Positions 11,671 to 22,630 of a DNA stretch of 64,000 nt are shown here, piece by piece; the first letter of the stretch is position 1, and the number at the start of each line of letters is the position of its first letter. This DNA is from Lama glama (lineage: Eukaryota), in contig CM052816.1 in assembly GCA_028534125.1 (NCBI GenBank), forward strand, positions 100,256,001 through 100,320,000, read 5' to 3'. A model generated the notes under the pieces. That model ran no database searches and was not told where the DNA came from. It saw only the letters and a program-made list of their open reading frames with translations. Position numbers and translations under genes: made by a program.

Positions 11671-13819
11671 GTATCCTGCAACCTTCTCACCCAACCAGGA
11701 ACTGGTACCCAGGAAGGGCCTTGGATGCCAGCCTTCTGCCCCTGGTGCCAGCCAGTGCATCACCACTGCCCGCCGCCTCCCCCTGGTTCAGGGACGGGTT
11801 GGGGAACACGCGGTGACCCCGCCCACTGCCCTCCCTCGGGATCCAACCTGCCCGTTCCTGGTCCACAGGGCAGGAGGGAACATGTACAGGGCAATTCTCA
11901 GCTGCACCAACTTACTACTCGGAAATGGGCTGGGGCCAGACCAGAACCAATGGGCAAAAAGATAATTCGTCCAGGCTCCTGGCGGGGGAAGGGGAAGTCC
12001 TCCCACTGCGACCAGACTTGGAAGCAGTGACTGGAGATTCTGCCACCAATTTCCGAACACTCGGAGCCTGAGGCAGGGGAGACATGGCCAGCACAGAGAT
12101 GAGCAAAGCAGATGACTCCTCCGGAGGGTCCTGCTAGGAGGGCGGCCGGGAGTGATGGAAGCCAGGAGGCCCCTGGGCTCGCACGTGCACGTCTGCACGA
12201 GGCCAGTGGTCCAGGGCTTTGTTCCTCCCCATTAGCACATGAATCGCCCAGCAGCTTCACAAAGGTCGGTGGGAGAATCTACCATGGCATCAAACTTACC
12301 TTTGTGGTAGGATTAGGTCCGCGTTTACCTCGAGTGTAAAGTAGTTTCTCTAATGATTTGAGATCTACTGTGTTTCTCTTCTGAAGAGTTTGTTGAGACT
12401 TTTCTTGAAAATTGTATGTATGACCTGGGAAGAGATTTAAGGGCAGGAAGAAATTAAAGTCTGCTGCCTAGCTCGGAGCAAGAAAAGCATGCTAATTCTT
12501 TATGGAAATAGCTTATCAAGTTAGCTGTGAATGCTGCTGATAAGCATTGTGGTTGCATAAGTATGTATATAGCTACCAAAAAATACCTCTGGCCAGCAGA
12601 GGTGAGCGTGGCTATAGGTCTGCTTCAGCCCAGACACACCGCGCCAGTGCTTCAGGGTCACATAGAGAAGGGCTTTGGCGAGGATGCCAGCAGAAGCCGG
12701 CAGCTCAGGAAGGAGGCTCTCCCGGGGCAGGGGACAGATGACATGGCCAGGACTTGGGGCCAAGGTGGTAGAGATGTGGATGCACGTGTACCATTCTTGG
12801 CTCATACAAAGGTGACCTGTAGATTGTTTTCTCGAGGGACTGCTCAAGCTAGGTGGCACACTCATAGAAGTGCCTCCGTCTCATCCTGCACACGGGCCGC
12901 GGGGTATATTTCAACTCTGTAGACACGTCAGGCATTCTTTCCAAACATGGGGTGATGTGTAGACTCTCAGAACTTAACCTGTCAGAGAAGGACAAAAGCC
13001 ACATTCAAACAGTCTGCCCGTATGCGTGCTTAGAGTTCTGCTGTGGTTCGGGGTGTTATGACTGAAAACAGCGCCCCTAATCCCCGGCCCTTCTCTGCAG
13101 TTTGACCCGGTCTGCGTTGCCCACGGAAGGGAAGCGTGATGGCGAAGCCATTCCCAGTAACTCGATGCCCCTCAGCGGTTTACACTGAGGAGGCCGGGGC
13201 TCTTTCCCGGGATTTACCTTAATGATAGCATCCCCAAGGAGTCTGGTTTAGATCAAACCAGGTTAAAGATCGTGGCTGTCAAAAGATGATGTCATCAGCT
13301 CTCATTACTAATAAAGCCGGGGTCATCACGGGTGCAGGGGCGGCTTGGAATGCAGGCTCTGTTTACCTTAAAACCTGCCCCAAACTTGAAGCCCCGAGCG
13401 ATGTGTAGACAAGAGGAACCTATTGAAACGTAATAGTTCGGAGACTGCAGGCACTGCCCTCATGTGACCCGACGGGCAGGGATTTGTCCATTTCTCTGTG
13501 CTTGTGTCACAGACTGACGTGGCTCAGAAGCAGAAGCAAAGGTGTCTGTTCCTAACGGTCCCATAATCGCTTACACTATGCTATGTAAGGTATTCCAGCC
13601 GATAGAATGTAAAACACATTTGGGGCTGATGACAGAAGCGTGGGCTCTTCAATTAGCAACTGGTTATCCTGAAAGTCCAGGCTCCTCGTTACACGTGCTG
13701 GTGTCTCGAGCAGCACAGAAGGGGGTCCCTGGGAGTGACCGGCTCCTGCGTCAATGCCAGCTCCTATGAGAAGCAAAGACTGGAAGAGATGTCCCCATCT
13801 CACTATGGGAATGGGGGCC

Positions 13820-14255
13820 GTGTGGTGGTGGACATTGGTCCCAAAGATTCCACTTCCAAATCCTTGAAACGTGTGTGTGTTAACTTTTAGGGCAAACGAT
13901 GAGACTGAGTTAAGGATTTTTGAGATGAGGAGCACATCCTAAATGAACCAGACGGGCCCTAAGTGCCATCACAGGTGTTTCTGTCAGGGGGAGGCAGAGG
14001 CAGGGAGACATTCACAGTGGGGGAGAAGACCAGGAGATGACGGAGCAGAGACCGCAGTGACAAGCCCAGGACACCTGCACCCAGCAGGGCTGGAAGAGGC
14101 AGGAACGGATCCCCCTCAGGGCCGCCGGAGGGGGCACACCCCTGCTCACATCCTGAGGACGGACTCCATCCTCCAAGCTCAGGAGGGTCCATTCTTGTTG
14201 TCTAAGTCTCCTCGTCTGTGGGAGCTCGCATGGCAGCCCCAGGGATCTGTACACA
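13820..14255 (+). mobile_element. MLT1 (MaLR) LTR, MLT1C/D-like
   Basis: Hallmark motifs GTTAAGGATTTTTGAGATG, GGGCCCTAAGTGCCATCACA, GCTGGAAGAGGCAGGAACGGAT and 3' GGCAGCCCCAGGGA...ACA. Confidence 0.8.
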
Positions 14256-14509
14256 GAGGAAGTTATCCTCACGTTGCTCCGAGATGAGCCTGGGTTTCCT
14301 GCAGGTCACCAGGCCTTAGCTGCCTGTTGACCACGTGCTCACTGGGGACGCTGTCTGCACTGGGAGCTACTCAGGGTGCAGGGTGCCACAGTGGCCAAAA
14401 CTGACTGTAATCTCTGCCCTCGACAGCTAACTTTCTGGGATGAGACACAGACACTATGTGGGGAAATTAGATCTGCCCAATGTCCCAAAACTGCCCAAAT
14501 CAGAAAGTT

Positions 14510-14878
14510 ACTGCATGACATCACTTATATATGGAATCTTAAAAAAAAAAAAAACGAACTTATTTACAAAACAGAAACAGACTCACAGACATAGAAAACA
14601 AACTTATGGTTACCAGGGGGACAAGGGGGTGGGGAGGGATAAATTGGGAGTTCGAGATTTGCAGATACTGGCTAATATATATAAAATAGATAAACAACAA
14701 GTTCATACTGCACAGCACAGGGAACTATATGCAACACCTTATAGTACCCTATGGGGAAAGAGAATATGGAAATGAGTATATGAGTGTCCCTGTATGATGG
14801 ACACACTGTGCTGTTCACCAGAAATTGACACAACATTGTAAACTGACTATACTTCAATAAAAACATATATTTAAAAAA
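14510..14878 (+). mobile_element. 5'-truncated lineage-specific L1 3' UTR with A-rich tail
   Basis: TACAAAACAGAAACAGACTCACAGACATAGAAAACAAACTTATGGTTACC ... ACTATACTTCAATAAAAA; homologous to several other copies in the window. Confidence 0.9.
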
Positions 14879-14959
14879 GGCAATATGAATTCAACATTTC
14901 TTCTAGTACCTTCAACTCTGCACCACCCTCATTTATCTGTTGGAAATATGCAAGTAAAC

Positions 14960-17515
14960 AATTGAAATGAAGTTGATTTTTTTTTAAAAAATCGACTCAA
15001 GAAGAAATTAAAAATCTAAACAGCCTTATTCCATTCAGAAAGCTAAAATCGTAATTTAAAATCTTACCACAGAAAACGTCAAGCTCAGAGAGTTTTACTG
15101 TTTATAATTCTATCAAATATTTAAGGGAGAAATAAGGCCAATTCCAAACAAACTCTTTCAAAACTTAGAGAAGAAGGAAACACTTTCTAAATCATTTTAC
15201 AAGGCCATTAGTGCCCTGAAAACAAAGCCAAAAAATTAAACTCCAATGTCCCTCATAAACATAGACATAAAAATTCTCAAAAAATATTAAAAACTGAATG
15301 CAGCAATATATGCAATGGACACTATATTATCTTCCAGATGGGAGCTCGGTTTATCATGCAGACGTTAACCTGTATGATCCACCACATTAGAGACTGAGGG
15401 AGAAAAGAGGGCATAGAATCATGTTAATAAACGTAGAGAAAATCTGCCAAAATATAAAGTGCACATAATAAAGCCACACAGAAGGAGAAGAAGGGAACTT
15501 CGTCAAAGGATAAAGGCGCCCGGTGAAGGGTCCACAGCCCGTGTCTCACTGATGGTGAAGAACCGAGTGCTTTCCGCCTCAGACCAGAGACCACCAGGAA
15601 GCCCCCTCCCATCGCCTGCACGCAGCGTCTATGCGGAGGCTCTAACCAGTGCAGGAAGGCAATAAACGGGTTCAGGCGGGAGGAGGGGGGACCAGGTCAC
15701 AGGCCTTGCACTAGTGGAGGTGGAAGAGCCTCGGGAGTCTCTAAGATCATTGCTGAAACGGGTGAATTTAACACACGGCAGGACTCTGCATGAAGGAGGC
15801 ATATATGTGTATACTTGAAATGGACAGTTAGAAAGTTAGACCGAAAAACCAAAACCATTGACAATATCATCAAAAATATCAACTCTATAGTAGAAGCAAA
15901 AAGTTTATAAGACTCCACACTGGAAATTATAAAATGCAGATGAAGTAAATTGAAGAACATTTAATTAGGGAGAGATGTATGTGCTAAAGGACTCAGTATT
16001 GCTAAGATACCAGTTTTCCCTAAGCTGATCTCTATCAATGCAATTTCAGTAAAATTTTAACAAATTTTTTCTAGAAATTGACAAGATAATTTAGACTTTT
16101 TTGAAAAAGACAAATGACCAAAAATAGTGCACATACACACAGCCCCCAAAAGAATAAAGGAAACAGTCTCCATGAATTCAAAACTTACTACGAAAGTGTG
16201 GGTAATTAAACTGACGTAATATGAGAGCAATGACCTCAGAATGCATCTGTGGAACAATGTAAGTAATCCAGAAACAGATCCATGTAAGAGAGCAAATGAT
16301 TTTCAACAAAAGTGCCAAAGAAACTTCGTGAGAAAAGGACAGTTTCTTCAGTAAATAGCACTGCAATAGCTAAGTCCTCACATGCCGAAACAGGAAACAA
16401 ACCAGCAGAAGCCTTTGCCGGCGTCCTGCGCTGTGCACAAACCGGTTTAGGGCGGTTCATAGACCTAAATGTAAATGCGAACGGTAAATCTTCTAGCAAA
16501 AAACTGAAGAACTTCTTCTGAATCATGAGGTAAGCAGAGATTTCCTCGAAATGTCAAAAGAGCTTGAGTCATAAAATAAACTACTGATAAATTGGAATTA
16601 ATCATAATTAAGAATGTCTGCTCACCAGAAAACAAAACAAAAAGCAAAACCTCAAACCAAAACAAAACCAGACGAAAAACACACCTTCTCACCAGGGCGG
16701 AGAAAGCGTCAGGAGCAAGGAAACTGCCAGAGGCCTGGAACCGTGGCACGTCAAGAACCCCCGCAACCAACAAGCGGGAAAGACAAGCAAGCCGAGAACA
16801 CGCAGGAGGCCGAGCGGCAGAGGCACCAGGAAGGCAGGACAACGGCAACCCAGGGGCGCCCGGCACCGCCCGACCCCCGCAGGCTGCCGCAGCCGAGCGC
16901 CACGCGCCCGGCAAGGCGCCGGCTTGCAGCCTGGGGGCGCGGGGCTGCAGAGCGCGCAGCGCCGGAGCGCCCGGGACGCCGCTGCGGGCGGGACCCGGAG
17001 GCTCCTTAAGCTTCCAGGCGTGCTTCTGCCAGAGTGCCCCCAGCGCTTACCCAAGGTGAGGGCCATCGCAGCCGCCAAAGCCCGGCGCGGCGACGGTCAC
17101 AGCTGCCGCATTCTCAGCAGCCAAAGCTGGGAGAACGTCCACCGGAGGAGGGACGCGTCGCCTGTGCCCTGCTCACGCCCAGGGAGGCTGTCCAGAATCA
17201 CAGCGACGCGGTGTCGGTACCGCCCAGACGACGTCAGAGCCGCTCCGCCCGGTGACAGACCGCAACGCGGAGGCTCGGTGCCGCTGACGCACCTACGCGG
17301 CCTTCTCCAGAAGCAGCGAAAGGAGCACGTGGCACAGAAGGCAGAGAGGTGGCTGCTTCCAGGGTGAAGCAGACCGACTGGCAAGGGGCATGGAAGACGC
17401 TTGAACTCTGGGGTGATGGATACAGTCTGTGTTTTTAAATAAATTTATGAAAAGTGGTGAAATGGTTCATTTAAAGTCGAACGTTTCACTGTATGCGTCT
17501 TACACTACAAAATCA
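14960..17515 (+). mobile_element. Old decayed L1 (L1MD/ME-type): ORF2 RT region through 3' UTR
   Basis: Colinear L1 ORF2-like blocks (CAAGAAGAAATTAAAAATCTAAACAG; GATTTTCAACAAAAGTGCCAAAG; CATAGACCTAAATGTAAA) and 3' UTR-like GGGGTGATGGATACAGTCTG; many frame disruptions. Confidence 0.85.
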
Positions 17516-17689
17516 CACACACACACAGAATGATGGTTCTGGGTCTGGCACTGTTCTATTGTTATTTCACGAATGTTTGCTGTGTTACCTCGCATTATGC
17601 GTGTCAGCCTGCGAGTGGCAAAGCGAGGTGTCTACACTCAAGGCTATCTTTAAGCGGTTTAGAACTTCTTTAATGTGTCATAAATGCAA

Positions 17690-17792
17690 CCAGACCGGGC
17701 ACTGCCTGGTGTACAGTGATGGCCCCAGACCAGGCACCGCCTGGTGTACAGTGATGGCCCCAGACCAGGCACCGCCTGGTGTACAGTGATGG
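17690..17792. repeat. 35-bp tandem repeat, 3 copies (CCAGACCAGGCACCGCCTGGTGTACAGTGATGGCC)
   Basis: Copies start at 17690, 17725 and 17760. Confidence 0.95.
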
Positions 17793-18819
17793 TTCTGGAT
17801 GGAGCGCTAGTGTGACTTTGGGGTTTGAGACAGGATCAGGAGAGCACTGGTATTAGGAAACAGGCCCAAAGATTCCCCTCCAGGGGAGGAGAACCAGTAC
17901 TCTGATGAGCCCACCTGCTGTGCCCTCCTTCTCTCTGGGTGCCCTTGGTCTGTGAGCTCCCACCGGCTCCCTGTGTCCACGTCCTGGCTGGACCGTGAGC
18001 AGTCACACCCCACCTCCCCTGATCTCGTTAAGCCACCCGATATGTCATGAGGTCATTTTTAAATAGTTTAAAACTCCTGTAACATTTCAGTGAGGCAGCA
18101 TTTGATTGTAACTACAGAAAAGCTAAACCCCAGACTTCTGGAATTAAAACAACAGTAAATTTTGGAATATTGGAAACAAAATGCTTAATGTGTTAACACT
18201 CTCAGATGAGAGTTAATAAAAACGGTTTTAAAGGAGACCTCGTCTTCCACGTGCCCCAGTCCCGTGCTCTACACCCTGCTGAGAAGAAAGCTACTTAATT
18301 CAAATAAAAAAAGGATATGATGTTGCCAGTGAAAGCACATAAAGATGGAATAAGGTATATTATGGAGGAAATGTTTGCATAACACCCTGAAATTAATATA
18401 CCATGTGCAGCAGTTGACACAGCTCATTCTAAAGCAGATAAATCATTCACAGGAAGAACAAACACCGACCAGAAGGAAGCAGATCACCGGTGGAGCCGTA
18501 CCCATCAGAGGCGAAATCACATGCGCTCCTCACCTGTTGACACAACACGAATTTTCTGCTGAATCAGACACTTAATCCACTAAATCAAAGTGAACACCCA
18601 CTGAGCCAGGCACATAGCCGAGCTGGGCACGTCACTGCCGCTGCGCGCGTGCATTTCCCGCAGATTAGGGATGCCCAGTGTGCAAGCTCATGTTTACTGA
18701 GTCACAAGCCCCAGGGACCGAGCGTGTGAGTCAGTAAAACTCACATGTCAGTTGTGCTTCACTTTTTTCACTCGATTCACATGATCTTTCTAAAAATGCT
18801 TACGGCTGAGGACAAACTT

Positions 18820-19803
18820 TACGGTGGTCCCACGATCCTGGTCCTGGTGGAGACCCCCTCCCCTTGCGTGTGGGGCCATGTGGCTGCTTCTAACCAACAG
18901 AATCAGCCTGGGTGAGGGGCGCCACCGCGGGAGGCAAGGGCGTGTGAGACCCCACCTTGCCAGTTGCCGGCAGACTCACTCCAGCCTCTGTCGCTCTGCT
19001 CCTGGCTTTGAAGAAGAGGCCTGCCACGCATCCTTGTTCTAAATTGCAGCTGGGATTTGATTTACAGATTTATGACCCGTTGGCCACATGAAGAGGCTGA
19101 TGCCGCCGGGAGAAGTCACCTGTTCCACGAAAGGAAGGCGCGGCGTGCCCCGCCCACCACGCACGACCACGGGAAAGCCAGGGGGTCAGGAGTGGTGCGG
19201 GGAGGAGGCCCACCCAGAGCCTTTTGGGGTTTCCTGGGACAGGAAAGGCAGGCAGAGTAAACAGCCTAGGGCCGGTTTGGGCAATCCTGCTGGCCCGTGG
19301 GCTGTGACGGAAGCTACCCTGGGTGCCCGGGACCTGGCCCTGGGCTGATGTGGGCAGGGGAACACTGGCTTGTGTGTGAGAGTCTCAGCAAGGAGGCAGC
19401 TGGGGCTGCAGGCATGGGCCCGGCTGAAAGGTGTGCTCAGGGCTGCTTACAATTATCATTAGGGCTCAGCCTTGGGGGGTGGTCTCCCTCCTGACCCGAA
19501 GGCCCCCAGCTACCCGGGTGCCAGTAACTCAGAAAATATAATGAGTGGATGTCTGACAGACAAATACAAAACCTTGAGGAAACACAGGACGATGCCATCA
19601 CAGCAGGGACATCAGTCGTGCCAACCAGCTGAGGGGGTGTGGAAGCAGATCTTGCCCCAGTCACGCCTCTGATGAGAAGCCATCCCGGACGACGCTGTGA
19701 CTGCGGGACGTTGAGCAGAGGCCCCGCCAAGCTGTGCCCTGTCCCCAGATTCCAGAATCTGGGTTTGTGGTGATGAGCGTAGAGACAACAGAAAAGTGAA
19801 ACA
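18820..19803 (+). mobile_element. MLT1 (F/G/H-like) LTR split by an inserted element
   Basis: 5' part (TGCTTCTAACCAACAGAAT, CTGGCTTTGAAGAAG) at 18820-19030 and 3' part (GGAAGCAGATCTTGCCCCAGTC, GAGCAGAGGCCCCGCCAAGCTGTGCCC) at about 19600-19803. Confidence 0.65.
19045..19530 (-). mobile_element. Probable ERVL-type LTR (MER74/MER54-like) nested in the MLT1
   Basis: Non-MLT block separating the two MLT1 halves; family assigned from recollection only. Confidence 0.4.
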
Positions 19804-19948
19804 CTTCTCAAAGTAACCCCAGAACGGAAACGGTCATGAAATATTTAATTTAAGAATATTAGAAAGTGTTACCTTAATTGATGACATGGGGTAATGGGAC
19901 TCAGAAATCCAGAGAGGAAATACTTTCAAGTGTCTAAATATCAAGCAC

Positions 19949-20126
19949 ATAAACAGCAAGCTCCTCCTGCACAGCACAGGGAACTATATTCAACACCTGC
20001 AACAGCCTGTAATGAAAAAGAATATATATACGTGTACAACTGAGTCACTTCGCTGTAACCAGAAATTAACACAACGTTGTAAATCGACTATATTTCAATT
20101 AAAAGTAAATAAATTAATAATTTAAA
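19949..20126 (+). mobile_element. Very short 5'-truncated lineage-specific L1 tail with TSD
   Basis: Same 3' UTR as the 14510 copy; flanked by AAATATCAAGCAC (19936-19948) and AAATACCAAGCAC (20127-20139). Confidence 0.9.
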
Positions 20127-21765
20127 AAATACCAAGCACCAAAGATTCATACCTTGGGGACCAGGCTCAGTCTGTGGCTGGGCTGGTCAGACCAGGAAGG
20201 GCCCGGCCACGCCAGCCACAAAAACAGGCACAGGGCTGTGTCCCGCAGGCGTGGCCTGGAGCCGGGCCCTGGCGGGAGGCAGCGCTGCACAGATGGCGGG
20301 CCTTGGCCGGCCTACCTGGGCTTCAGAGGTGGACGCGAGTCCTGCGGGGGATGGGCAAGGTCAGAGGCAGGGACCCAGACCCCAGAATCAAAACTGAGAC
20401 TGGCCTGCTGGAGGGAGACTCAAGTGACAAGACCCCAGTTGCAGAGCCCAGGTGGGAGGTCAGGGCACAGAGGCTGCCTTTGTGAGCAGCATCCTTCTCT
20501 CTGCCTCAGTGTCCACGTCTGTGAAGTGGGTGGGGCGTGACCTCAGCGTCTCGCTCACCCTCCCTCAAGACCCCCAGAGAATCGCCACCCGAGCAGAGCT
20601 GTGTCTCAGGTTCAGAGCAGCCGGGGGCGGGCGGGCAGAGGCTGAGGGGTGGCCAGGAGGCAGCTCCCGTGCCGGAAGTGGGCACAGGGTGTGACACCCT
20701 CATTTGGAGCTGCTGGGTCCAGGGAACTGAGGGTCTCTGAAAGCAAGGGTCTTGATAAGGCTTGATAAGTAAGCTACATGAATCTGTTAACGGTCTTATC
20801 TTCCAGGAGCAAGTATTTCCTAGAATAAATAGCCAAGTGATTTATGTCTGGTCGCAGTATTCTGAGCACAGAACGAGGAAATGGTACAGCTCCTGGAGGG
20901 ACGGGCTTGTTCTCAAAGGATTAAATTTTTAAAAAAGGGAAGAAAAGAAAAAAGCTCTTAGCTTCGTTCCCAGGACACGGTACGTGCTCAGTAAACACGT
21001 CGTCCACATTCTCAGCAGCAAGGCTGCCTTGATTTGGCTCGTTTTTGTCCAAAGCCCAGTGGACCTGTCAGCTCTCCTGGACTAGGCGAGGGTTCACGGC
21101 TGAGTCTGGGGGTGCGGGTGGGGCTGAAGCTCCAGGGGCTGAATGGGGGCAGGACAGGCAGTGGGCACGGTGTTGCAACAGCTGAGTTTCCGAAAATTTT
21201 GTGCAGCAGTGCTTGGGTACATTCTGGCTTCGCTTCAGTAAATGGTCCCTATTTCTCAGTCTCATCATAATGGCTGTCCCTTATTCCCCCGGAAACGGGC
21301 CTTAGTGTTGTCGTTGGCTCAGCATTCCTTTCAAGCCCCTGAGGCCCGGGCCCGGAGGCTGCAGAGCTGGAAGCGGGCTGAGTTCTCACTCTGGGTGGGG
21401 CCCCCCTCCCTGCAGCCCGGGTGCCGCCCCTGGCAGGGATGTCGGCCCAGAGCCGCCACGCTTTACATTGGGAAGTAGTGGACGCGATTAAACAGACTCG
21501 CAGGCGAAACCCTCAGCCCAGCAGGCTTCCCTCTGGGGAGAGGGGTGGCACCTGCACAGCAAGTCGCTTTCTGTACAGATGGCGTTTGAACACACTGACA
21601 GCATCTCGTCGTCCAGCAGTCACTTAGGTAACACATATAGTTTATGCAATGTCTTCCAAAGGGTGACGAGACGGGGGAGAATGTACTCACACTTGAGAAG
21701 AAGACTCGTACAAAACAGGCGCTGTTTGTTGAGCCAGGCCCTGCGCACGACCTTTATCCCCCATT

Positions 21766-22630
21766 TGTGTTGGTTTTCTGTGTCTTCCTTAACAAGTCAC
21801 CACCAAGTTGGTGTCTTAAAACGGCACAAATGTCCCCTCCCCACAGCTTGGAAGCCCGGGTGGCTGGGCGGGGCCCCTGCAGGAGGGGCTCCTGGAGGCC
21901 CTGCGGAGCCGGGCTCCTGTCGCTCAGGGGTCGGCAGCGGTCAGCTCCTGGTGCTCCTGGAGCTGAGGCCCCGGGTCCTCCCGGCTGTCTCCTTTACATG
22001 GCACCTGTGGACGCGACAGCATCCGGCCCTCTTAGTCCCCAGCCTGCTCCCTTTCCCTCGGGTCTCTGGGACCCCAGCCCAAGGAAGCTCTGTGCTCACG
22101 AGGGCCCGTGGGGAGTGGCTGCGCCCCCAGAAGACGCTGCCGTCCCAGCTCCCGGGCCTGGGAGGAGTCTTATTTGAAGTAGGACTTTTGCAGATGATCA
22201 GGTTCAGAGGAGGTCATGGGGGTGGGTGGGCCTGGTGCAGCGTGACTGGTGTCCTTGTAAGAAGGGCACATTCGTACAGACACACACAGAGGCAGAAAGC
22301 CACGTGCACATGAAGGCAGAGATGGGATCGCTGGTGAACCCCCAGAGCTGGGGAGGGGCCTGGGGCAGCTTCTCCCCACTGACTTGAAAGGAGCCAGCCC
22401 TCCCGACACCTTGACCTTGGACATCCAGCCTCCAGACCGTGAGAGGACAAGAGTCTGTTGCTCAAGTCTCTGGAGCTTTGTTACAGCAGTTCCAGGGCTA
22501 GACTGGGCCCACTCAGCCACTCAGGGGACCCTCCCTGTCGTAAAGCCTGTGACCTAATTACCCTGCAAAGCCCCTGTTGCCGTGTAACAGCACATAGTGA
22601 CGGACTCTGGGGGGGCCATTTTCACCCAAA
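21766..22630 (-). mobile_element. MLT1 (E/F-like) LTR, antisense, interrupted by a second MLT1
   Basis: Antisense MLT1 end AACAAGTCACCACCAAGTTGGTGTCTTAAAAC near 21790, resuming after 22500 (ACTGGGCCCACTCAG...CTGCAAAGCCCCTGTTGCCGTGTAAC). Confidence 0.65.
22110..22500 (+). mobile_element. MLT1B/C-like LTR nested in the antisense MLT1
   Basis: GACTGGTGTCCTTGTAAGAAG, GACACCTTGACCTTGGACATCCAGCCTCCAGACCGTGAG, TTTGTTACAGCAG. Confidence 0.8.

Noticed and set aside
16465..17384. Overlapping Ala/Arg/Pro-rich ORFs suggesting a first exon
   Set aside because: They lie within GC-shifted L1 sequence, where stop codons are depleted by composition.
17690..17792. CRISPR-like 35-bp repeats
   Set aside because: Head-to-tail with no spacers, in mammalian DNA.
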